A stretch of DNA of 62,075 nt, the filler included, from Choristocarpus tenellus KU-1152 (lineage: Eukaryota; Protista; Phaeophyceae): assembly GCA_964200185.2 (NCBI GenBank). It is 12 parts of 12 records of this genome, joined end to end, with 100 filler letters (N's around TTAATTAATTAA, not from the genome) between each part and the next. Parts side by side here need not be neighbours in the genome. Positions count along the whole stretch, not along the records: positions 51,381 to 54,636 come from CAXNAD020021228.1; positions 54,737 to 57,532 come from CAXNAD020024684.1; positions 57,633 to 62,075 come from CAXNAD020014533.1; 9 more parts are not named here. One strand, given 5' to 3'. Made by a program: the position numbers and the translations under genes. The notes below the pieces were generated by a model. The model did not search any database. It saw only the letters and a list, made by a program, of their open reading frames with translations, and had not been told where the DNA came from. This document shows positions 51,867 to 62,075 of the stretch, in pieces (position 1 is the first letter of the stretch; the number at the start of each line of letters is the position of its first letter).

Positions 51867-53816
51867 GGGGAGGGGTGCCTCGAATCGTGAGAATATTTTG
51901 ACTAGAGATGTGAGAATATGTTTGAATGTAGCGGCATAAGATTGTCCCGACTCTGCAAGATGCGACTTGAATACCTTCTTGTTATACCTGAACTGGATAT
52001 ACTTGCAAAGAGGTCAAAGTATCTGGTGTGATTTGGGTCACACGTGTCGGATTGGAAATGTCAGCAAAAAAAAAAGTTGTTTGACCGAAACGGACGCCCC
52101 CTCACAACCCCCCTAAGATACTTTGACCTTTGAGTTTTATTTGTATTTGAAGAGTGTAGGAAGAAGGTCTGGACCGAGTCGAAACATAACATAGGGTTAG
52201 GGTTAGGGTTAGGGTATTCATCTTTGTGTTTTAGGACATGATATTCCGGAGTATATACATACACGCCTTCGCATTTTTGGTCCAAAAAGGGAGATACAAA
52301 AATGATCCAAAGGAAAGTCTGAATCGTTGACTGTATCTGTATGGTGGGGCCGAGCAATTCAGGCACGATATTGAGGTGTTGTAAGGTCGTACCCCCTTCG
52401 AACTGCAACGTGAGTATATTCCCCATGCCATCTTGTCTTTTGAACTTTTTCCCACTTTTTGTTCTTTGGTGACCCCCATCGTAGTCCCACTTTCTATCTA
52501 TCTAGCCTTGGAGCTATCCAAGCACCGATTTGACTGTTGTTTGGAAGATGTAGAACCCCTTCCCTCACCAATTTGACTATTATTCTCGAATGAATATCCA
52601 TGGGACTCATTTATTCTGATTTAGGGCTTCCGTATTTGAATTATATATTTTTTTAAATGCAGAATTGAATCAGGGAAAAGAGGATGAGAACCTTACCCGC
52701 GTGAGAAAGGAAGAATATCCCGATTCCTCTGGACGATGATGATCTAGTTTTATTTTTTTTACCTGTAAAAAAAATCACGGAAGAGGCGTTCTTAAGGTGT
52801 ACATGGTGATCCGCGTGCGATAAAAGGCCGACTGTTTTTTTCTTAAGTGCTAGAATAAATAAGTATATGTTTATGTATATATATATTTATTTATTTTTGT
52901 ATTGTGTGTGTATTTTAGTTTGACATGATCGCATTCGTAATGAACAATTCACTGCATCCTTTTGCATTATTATTATTATTATTATTAGGTACAGATATTT
53001 TCCGCAGTTGTGTTCCTTGCATCTAAAATATTTTATTTTATTTTATTCCCGGCAGACTGCAGAATTTTTTCTTTCACACGAGCAGAATTTTCTCCTTTTC
53101 TTTTCTTTGTTGGCAACATCAAAAAAGAAAAAACGTCGAAGACCAGATTATTATAATTATTATATCATCTCCCCTTTTAATTATTTACATAAAAAGTATA
53201 TTTATAAATATAAATATAAATATTCTGGCGAAGAAATGTTCTTGAACGACGACTCAATCCGATTCTCTTATGAAGAGGTATCCAAGAATGAAAATGCCGT
53301 CTAAAGCAAATCTTAACTATATATAAATTAATATATATATATTTATATTTTTAACACTTAGGGCCAATTTCTCACGCCAGCTTCAGTTGAAACGCTTGAG
53401 GGATATGGACTCTCCTTTCGACCACTGCTCTTGATGGAAAATAAGAATCGGAAAAAAAAATTACGTTTCAAGATTTTTTTTTTCTAACACGAGAGTGCAT
53501 GCTGTGGCACTCTGGGCGATCGATTGATTCGATCCAATTGATTGGGGTGCACTGTGTCGTGTCGTGTAGAAAAAAAAAAGGTTTTAAATAAAAATAAAAA
53601 TAAAACAATTGGTTACTCGAAAGAACGAAAAAGAAATCCGATGTCTGATTGAACCTTACTGCTGGATAAGGTTAAAATGCACATGGTATAATAATAATAA
53701 ATAAATAGATCTGTCCGTTTTTTTTTTTTTAACGGTTGCAGGAGTCCATCACCGGTTACGGAGGCGTGTTCACCGTGTTCGCTACGATATGCCTATGGGG
53801 GGTCTTCTTCATACGG
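51405..53816 (+). CDS. MFS sugar transporter (Sugar_tr), two late exons
   Basis: Exons 51405-51515 and 53742-53816 (phase 0): VMTPEMFPTCYRAQATSIALTVQF...|ESITGYGGVFTVFATICLWGVFFIR, matching the E.FP...R..A.S motif and TM11-12. Confidence 0.85.
52011..52129. mobile_element. Short (~119 bp) MITE subfamily copy, intronic
   Basis: Perfect 14-bp TIR AGGTCAAAGTATCT ... AGATACTTTGACCT. Confidence 0.85.
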
Positions 53817-54189
53817 GTGAGTCAAACCTCGAGGATTTTTTCACGTTAACAAGTCATTGTAAAAGGTAGGAAGCAAGCAAGAATCTGAACTCAAGAAAGA
53901 GTTGGTGCCCCTAAAATAGGCCCTTGCTCGTGCCTGGCGATGGTGTGGGGGGATGGGGGATGCTGTTCTTGCAGTTTGTTGAATCGGTGAGAGTTGTAAA
54001 GAGAGTTGTAAAGAGAGTTGCTCTCTTTTTGGAGGGTGTGCTGCTCTTGACTTAGCTACACTATTTTTTCAGGTAACGGAGGACTACCCAACGTGTGTAC
54101 ATAGCCCCATTGCTTCACCTTTTGTTACCTGTGGCATCATGTTTGCTATAGCGTAGTTTCAGCGGCCAGTGCAACTTGAAGTCAAATAT

Positions 54190-54223
<34 letters not shown>

Positions 54224-54590
54224 ATGGTTTTTCATGAGACCAACTACCGGAATAGGCAGTAGAAACAGACATGTACATGCCATGGACTGGACTTATTGAA
54301 ACACATTGGCACTGGGTCACCGCATGGACAGAATTTGTTCACACAAAAGGTCTTTTTGTGTCTTGTGTAGGATGCCTTTCTCACTTTGCGCCTTGAATCT
54401 GTACCTCCCATATCATTTAGTCATACGCCTTCTGCTCCATACCCCCCACCTGTGCGTAACTCTGTTCCCTCTTCTGAAGAGGCGTAAACATCTCTCCGGA
54501 CCCCATCTTTGCTGCATCAACCATCTCGCTCACTTCTTGTTCACATCTGACAAAATTCTTTGGACCAATTTTGTGCGTGTGTGTTTGTTT

Positions 54591-54636
<46 letters not shown>

Positions 54637-55335
54637 NNNNNNNNNNNNNNNNNNNNNNNNNNNNNNNNNNNNNNNNNNNNTTAATTAATTAANNNNNNNN
54701 NNNNNNNNNNNNNNNNNNNNNNNNNNNNNNNNNNNNTTCAACCAACACCCCACACACAAAAAACATAACAAAAAAAAAACACCCCCCCCCCCCCCCAAAA
54801 AAAGAGCACCAACAACAAAAACATTTAAAAACTCATCGGAAATTTTAACAACATGCAAGAACGAACGTAACAGCCACTCTTTCAAAAAGACCCTTAATAC
54901 TCTCATTCCACAAGATTTCCTCCTTTTTTGTACCTCTTTTCCCAATGATGCTCATTGTACTATGTCAGCTCTAAAAAACACAACACACAACACGAAATGC
55001 CTCCAAGAGAACTAAGGACTGCACCTCAGCTACCCCGCTCCAATCCATATATCAAACAAACATCCTTGCCTCATTCAAGTTGCCTCCGAGAGCAACACTA
55101 TCATCTAAAGGCAGTTGACTCATTTTCAAGCAAAACAAACCCTACAGGTTCACTTCACTTCAAAACATTTCGGTGACCCTTTTTTCATTTAACCATTGCT
55201 TTCGAACACAACACCAAACAACACAGCCACACTCATCAAGCCCTTTCACTCCTCTTATCATACATCACACCCTCCTCCTTCTACCAGGCCAGGGCACATC
55301 ACCATCATCCCCTCAATCCACACCCACCAACCTAC

Positions 55336-57372
55336 CTCCTTTTGTGCATCGTCATCTGTCAGCTCTTCTGGGGTTACAACATTGCCCAGGCGAACCACTG
55401 TGCTGGTTGGAGCCTCCTCCTGTCCATTAGCCCCAGAGCCCATGAGGCCAAAGCTGCACTCCGCCAACACATCAAACCAAGTCTTGTGAGGCGTATTTGG
55501 CCCCTCATACTGAACAAAAAGATTGTTTCGGGTGAGAAGGGGAAGGGGGGGGTGAGTTACTCTTGCCAGACTTGGAACCCCTTGACTCTATTCCACCATC
55601 CATCCAATATCCAACCTATCTCTACCATGTACCCCTATGCAGAGCGTCATTCCACCTGATCATTGTTTTTGAAGGCAAATCTATCCATTCATGCCATATG
55701 CACTGCCAAGTGCCCTTAAATGGTGTTCTTCCTGACAAATTTTCCTACATACTCTGGTGTATGGCCCAGGCCAAAATAAAATTACAAAAAACAGCAGCAA
55801 TGTCTCAACTGTCCTTGGAAGTGAAGCAAGGACCATGGTAAGGACCATGATCATGCCGTTGACAAGGGGCTTCCAAATCCAATCTTGATTTTTGATTCTA
55901 AGAAAATGAGACATCTTTGGCAATAATTTTCCAAAAATCAAAGGACACAAGACGGCCTATACATTGGCTAGTAGGCATAAATAACTCATCTCCAAGACCT
56001 AAGTCCGGACCCAAGATCCTACCCCCCCTCCAAACACCACCACCAAGAGAAAAAGAGGCAACTCCTAGCAGCATTCCAAATGGACATAGACACAATCACC
56101 TAGTAGGGGCAAACCTCATGTTGACCAGACTGGTAGACTACATGCAGGAAGGGGATGAGACATAGGGCCAGCTAGGAATAAAGAAAAGAGTTGAGGGGTA
56201 AAGTTTGTAACTCACTTCACTCTATTGCCACCATTTGCACACTCCCGTGGATATCACCACCACAATACCACAACAACACCACATCACCATAACATCACAA
56301 TATCACAACAACAAATATATATGCACGTGTGTGTGTGCGCGCGCGCGCGTGTGGGTGTGTGTGTGTTTGTAGGGGAGGGGAAAGGAGGGGAAAGGAGGGG
56401 AAAACTGTAGCAATCAAAACATGCTCACTTTCTTAGGGCGGCCCACACTGAGAGCAGCACCACCGAAGGGGATACCATCCAGATTTAGGGCAGCATCAGC
56501 GTCTGCAGCAGATCTCATCTCGAGGAAGGCAAACCGAGCATTCATTCGGATAGACAAGATGGGATTGGGGGACTTGGCCAGGCCCACCTGAACCATTGCT
56601 CCACCAAGGTACTCCTGTGTCACAACACACGTAGGATATCATGTATCATTGTATTAATAGCACCAGAAATGAGAGGATAAGAAAATTCTTAGAAAATGAA
56701 GGTTTGAAGTACTAGTAAGTATGGAGTGAGTTGCATAATACCAATAGGAATATTTGGCATAAGAAGGATATTGACCGGAGGTTTCAAATGCATGGGTCAT
56801 TGTTTATCAAACGTAGGACTTGTGAACAAAAAATCAAAAATCAAACAGAATATTCTACAAAAAGCTCTACCATACAAAGCAAGAGGGGTACACTGCATGT
56901 TGCAAACGGAGGTGGACATCAAGAACTCAACCCCCCAATCCAAGCATTGGACTCGTGAAAGGTGAGACACACACATATACATACACACATACACATATAT
57001 ATACACACATACACACATACATACACATACACACATACATACATACATACAAATCCATGTTCATTACCAGCCATTTCACATACACAAGAGGGTCTTAAAC
57101 AAGACAAACCACCCTTGCCCATCACAGAAACTGAACCCAACCAAAATAACTTTTAAAAAAACCTAGCAGTTAAAATAATAAAATAATTGACAACAAGACC
57201 AGAACACACCCACACAGTGACCCAACACTACCATTGTGGACAGACAGCAAACCAACCAATACCTGAAGAGTGGGGCCAGGAGTCTCTGACGGTATATTTC
57301 CAACAAATATTTCGCAGTTGAGACGGTCAGCGTAGGGTGGTCCACTCCCATCCGCTGTCACTCCAGGTACCT
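55336..57372 (-). CDS. U2AF large subunit (U2AF65)-like RRM splicing factor, internal exons
   Basis: Exons ~57372-57263, 56614-56429, 55509-55336: EIFVGNIP (RNP2), RFAFLEMRS (RNP1), ALNLDGIPFGGAALSVGRPKKY, then TVVRLGNVVTPEELTDDD (UHM-like start). Confidence 0.88.
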
Positions 57373-57632
57373 CTTGTTGCCCCGTGAGCACCTTGGGCCC
57401 CACAATAAGAGTTGTATATGCAAGGTTGGCAGGTTTTTGTCCAAAAAGGGGGGGGGGGGGGGGGGGGTTGGGGAGGGGGGGGGAGAAGCACCGTCTGAAC
57501 CCCCCGCCCCCCAGAAACTCGTTTTCCCTTTTNNNNNNNNNNNNNNNNNNNNNNNNNNNNNNNNNNNNNNNNNNNNTTAATTAATTAANNNNNNNNNNNN
57601 NNNNNNNNNNNNNNNNNNNNNNNNNNNNNNNN

Positions 57633-58593
57633 GGCTAAAGCAAGTGGGGATCGAAGCACAGACTCGGGAACGGATGTGAATGGTCGAACGGGTTTTGATG
57701 CATTGCTTTTTGGAATGAACGAAGTCCGTATTTCACAGGAACCGAAGCAGGTTGTTTGTTTAAGAGCCAAAGTATCTTAGAGGGTACGACTGTGTCCACT
57801 TGGGGGCCAAAATCCATTGTTGCGATCTTGATGTAATTTTGGCATCGTGTTTGTTAGGAAGTGCCAATATCCTTGTTCCGGACACAACGTTTCATGAAAT
57901 ATACATTTTATCTACTCCGAAGCATTTTGAAGTTTGAAAATGTCATTAAAAAAAACGTGGGAAGCCAAGCCCCAAATGGATAAACAGGGAAAAACACGTA
58001 CCCTCTAAGATACTTTCACTCTAAGGCAGCACAGACAGCGGGCAAGGAGTTCTGGTTTAAAACAGGTTGAAGCATCAGTGCGAGGGTTGCTAGTATACTG
58101 TTGACAACCTCTTGGTGTGGCAGCGAAATTTGGCTTGATACCTCATCGTGCATGGACGTCCTGTTCTGACGAGGTAGTCCAAGTTCCTGCCTAACGATTG
58201 GGGTTTCAACTGAGCCAGCAAAAGGGTGTGGAATGCTAACTAATATAACAGGCGCATCTCTCAGGGTACCCAAATCATTGCGAGTCTTGTCCTTGTATAA
58301 TGCAGCTTCTGTAGCATTTTGGTTGGCCAAATCAATTGTGAATCGGTCGCTTCGATTGGATAATTCCTCTGCGAGATCATCAAATTTTGAGTGTTGCTCT
58401 GAGGGTCTTACCGAGGCCATAAAGCTTCTCTCTATTGTGTCGAACTAGAAAGGGGAAATTTCATCACATTTTCTAATGAAAAACACTACCGACAGAATAT
58501 GGGGCAATAGAAAAAACTTTCCGATAGTGAATTTCATACTGCTCGGGCTTATTAGAACACGAGAAGAAATGCTCGCGCTATTCGCCTGTAACA
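57633..58593 (-). mobile_element. Probable 3' LTR of a Ty3/Gypsy-like element
   Basis: On the minus strand, GCTAGGGGGCA|TGTTAC starts at 58593. 57633-58417 is a direct repeat of 61306-61828 apart from the MITE insert. Confidence 0.55.
57764..58021. mobile_element. Complete 258-bp long-subfamily MITE with TAA target duplication
   Basis: TAA|GAGCCAAAGTATCTTAGAGGGTAC ... GTACCCTCTAAGATACTTTCACTC|TAA. The paralogous empty site at 61423-61440 has a single TAA. Confidence 0.95.
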
Positions 58594-59229
58594 TGCCCCC
58601 TAGCGTGAACTAGGAATACATGCTTCACGCTTACCATAGGTGATTGTCACCGGTGAAGGCAATAGATATCATCAATCACCTCAGATCCTGTTGCAAGGAG
58701 AAAGAAAGAAGAAAATAATACCTAACTTCTACTAGGTCCAAAACATATATCCTCATCTACTTGGAGAAATATTTCTGCATCTAGCCTAATCTGTGTATAC
58801 ATTTACTCTTTCTAAAGTACAGCTTCCCCAAGGTGCCAAGTATCATCTGGTTATTGTCTGTCTGATGTCCCCCAGCACGAAGCATACTGGCGGCTGCTAG
58901 TGTGTAAAACTGGCAATAAGATCATCATCAGTGCAAAAAAACAAAAAATATGACAAGGGACAGAAAAGAAAGGACTGAAGAAAGATAGAGCAAAATAAGG
59001 ACTTAAGGGATTGGTACCTGGTCTGACAAAAAGAGAAGAAAAAAAAAGACTAAGTAAAAAATAAAAATGCATCAAATATAAATTAGTGTCTGCCCTAATA
59101 TGGATTACTTCATGTTTCTGACTTCTGCTGCCTTACGTTCTATGCGGGGACTGACTATCAATGTTTGATTACTATGTTCTTACATGGATCGGTTAGTCCT
59201 CACGTACCTTGTCTTCTGGATGTGCAGTG

Positions 59230-59660
59230 GTTACCTGTTGGATTATTTTTGGGAGAAGCGACTCATTTCGCTTTTGTTCAATTCCTCCCAGTCCCCATCA
59301 TTAAACCGCACCCTCCAGTAAGGTGACTTGAAGTAAAAAACTGTACCTGTGTACCACTTATCTCTTCCTTCTCATCTTTCCACGACTTCTTGACAGTGGT
59401 ACCAGTGAGGAAACGGCGTAATGCATCCTCTCGGGACAAAGGGTTTTCCTTGGCAAGAGGTGTCAATAGGACGTGGGCTCGTGTCTGGATTGTAGACGTC
59501 CCAGAGGGCATGGAAGACATCCGACTGTAGTGGGGTGAAGCTATCCATAGCTTCTTTTTCGGTTATCCAATCTGCCAATTCTCCATTCTGATACTTCCCC
59601 TTGTACTCCCAATGCCATATATTGGATGGCGACAACACTGCTTTTCTATCAATGAGGGTC
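59230..59660 (-). pseudogene. Retrotransposon pol C-terminal (chromo-like) remnant
   Basis: WHWEYKGKYQNGELADWITEKEAMDSFTPLQSDVFHALWDVY, frameshifted, lying upstream of the PPT/LTR on the same strand. Confidence 0.55.
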
Positions 59661-61305
59661 TACATAGGGGTTGCTATCACGGATTCCTCTGTTAGACCTA
59701 GGTCCGATTCCCTCACCAGTTGGGCATGTTCGTCTTGGAAGCTATGTCTCAGATGAATGGGTCTTACGTGGAAGGGTTTCACACGAGAAGCACGAACATT
59801 ATGTGTGCGTGTTGACCTACCCAGCAATTCGACTGTCATGCTACTACTCTGCTGTGAAATTCATTTACAGTCCTTACCTCTCGTTTGCGGTGACTCCTAT
59901 GGAAATCAGAAAAAGCGCACCAAAAAATGTAAGTGTAAGTAAAGGATTTGGTGGTATCGAAAAGTCTCCACCACAGCTGCCTTTGTTACGATCACTTCCT
60001 CCTCCGCCTTTCGAGGCCTTTCGACCTTCTTTTAGGATTCAGAGCCCTTGTAGCCCAACCCTAACACCCTCTTCCTCGTCTCCTTAAGCCACTCCGGCTC
60101 GCACAGCTTCCAAACAGCCAGGGCCCGCTCCAACCGTCGACTGATGACTACTAAGATATTCTACACCCGGGTTTTCACTTAGACATTTCCTGAGCGCAAT
60201 GGCACGCAGTTGCACTGATCTCTTCCCCAACCTTCCCTTCGGGCGGCCACCCTGGTTCTACCTTCACCTGCCGCGACCAGGCTTCCCCACAGACTTCTTC
60301 ACGTACCACCTGGTGATGGGCTCACCGCTCTCTTCCTGCTTTCCCGATTTGGCAGAGACTGCAGAGCGGTGCTCCGACGTGGTAGAAGATCCAACCATGT
60401 CGATGTGGTAATGCTTTCAATGCATCTTCTCTCAGCATCGGTATCCCGGCTGCGTGATCCATTGCACGATTTGATCATGCTGCTGTGCCACACTACTCGC
60501 ACTTTCTCGTCACCCCTCATCTCACTAAGTCTACACACGGTACTTGTTTTTTTGTCGACTCTCGACAAAGAAGGTGCCGAGGGTAGATCCAGGCGGCAGA
60601 GTTGCTTCGGGGTCTCTCCTTGTCTCACTGTCATGGTTGTTGTTGCTGTGTGGGTCACGTGTGTGTGTGCTCACAGAAAGTCTATAAATGGCGCTAAAAA
60701 TATGTCCACAAATATTGGGGGGGGTTTTGGTGTCACCACCCGCGCCAAACTTGGGCAGCGACCTACCCCACATCAGGTTTTTGCGGGGAGTTCAGCCAAC
60801 CACTTCATTTTTTGTCCGTTTATAAGTCGTGACCTTTAAAATTGCGCCGGAGATGTTCCTCCGCGTTTTGACCATTGTTTGATTGGGAAATAACTCCTGT
60901 TTCCTGAAGCCTGGACATTCGTGGTTGCAAACCTTCAATAGCTCTTGACATACGCGTTCATTATAGTGTTTGCGCAAAATGAAATTCATTTTGGTTTTTG
61001 GTCACTATCGGCGATAAGAAAATGTATTATGAAAGTGTACTACGAAATCAGATTGCGCAAAATGAAATTCACCATCAAAAAGAAAAAATACAAAAAACAA
61101 GAAACGCCACCCGAAGGTGAGCAGCAAATCAAACCATCTTCCACAACAAGGTTAGTGAGCGCCCCGTGACGAAAGAGCAGTCAGCTGTAGTCCGTGTTAG
61201 CTTCCGTCTGTTTCAACCCTTCCCTGGACACTCCTCGGTGGATTGAGCAATAAAGGTACGTATCTGTCTGAATGGTGTCGACTTCTATCGCTTGCCCTGT
61301 CCGTG

Positions 61306-61828
61306 ACTAAAGCAAGTGGGGATCGAAGCACAGGCTGGGGAATGGATGTGACTGATCAAACGGGTTTTGATGCATTGCTTTTTGGAATGAATGAGGTCCG
61401 TATTTCGCAGGAACCGAAGCAGGTTGTTTGTTTAAGGCAGCACAGACAGCAGGTGAAGAGTTCTGGGTTAAAACAGGTTGAAGCATCGGTGTGAGAGTTG
61501 CAAGTACACTGTTGACCAAACTCTTGGTATGGCAGCGAAGTTTGGCTTGATACCTCATCATGCATGGATGTTCTGCTTTGGTGAGGTAGTACAAGTTCCT
61601 GCCTAACGATCGGGGTTTCGGCTGAGCCAGCGAAAGGGTGTGACATGCTAGCAAACATAGCAAGCGTATCTCCCATGATACCCAAATCATTACGAGTCTT
61701 GTCCTTGTATAATGCAGCTTTTGTAGCGTTTTGGTTGGTTAAAATAAATGCGAATTGGTCGCTTCGATTGGATAATTCCTCTATGAGATCATCAAACTTT
61801 GAGTGTTGCCCCTAGGGTCTTACCGAGC
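61306..61828 (-). repeat. Direct-repeat partner of 57633-58417 (possible 5' LTR segment)
   Basis: Colinear from CTAAAGCAAGTGGGGATCGAAGCACAG to GGGTCTTACCGAG. Confidence 0.85.
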
Positions 61829-62075
61829 CAATACAGTAGGTTACCTTATTTTGGGCCAAAACGTATGAGCCAAATCGAAAATATGCAATTTTGTACCGTT
61901 TTTTCCGATATGCTCAAAAAATAGACTTTTGTACCGGAATTCTCGTATTCAGGCGATTTGACACAAAATCCCAGACATACTCACACGAGTATGGCGCGCG
62001 CGCAAAAATTTCTCGCGAAAAGTGCCTTTCTTCCTGGGTTATGCCACCATACAGCAGTACAGTACGTTGCTGGTA

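Noticed and set aside
1-62075. Prokaryote-type systems (CRISPR, retron, operons), rRNA or tRNA genes
   Set aside because: No repeat-spacer array, no operon structure and no recognisable structural RNA; the only RT is a eukaryotic non-LTR type.

Overview
Eukaryotic DNA, not one locus. The window is 12 unrelated short contigs joined by 11 artificial 100-bp spacers (N44-TTAATTAATTAA-N44). GT-AG introns, bipartite plastid-targeting N-termini and short TTAGGG runs point to a photosynthetic stramenopile, probably a brown alga (inference). By manual exon stitching I find whole or partial genes for a plastid DedA/VTT protein, a 2OG-Fe(II) dioxygenase, a TAF3/TAF8-type histone-fold protein, an XAP5/FAM50-like protein, two plastid- or ER-targeted unknowns, an unknown 4-exon protein, protoporphyrinogen oxidase, an AzgA-type purine permease, an MFS sugar transporter and a U2AF65-like RRM protein. 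The rest is dense in mobile DNA: about 16 copies or ends of a MITE family sharing a CAAAGTATCT terminal repeat (nested, and at 9 of 22 spacer-adjacent contig ends), two DD40D plant-mariner-like transposons, a solo LTR, a decayed CRE-clade non-LTR retroelement, Ty3/Gypsy-like remnants and two tentative Transib/RAG-like transposase relics. I see no CRISPR array, rRNA or tRNA. I found no convincing novel multi-gene system; the best leads concern mobile elements and odd gene architectures.
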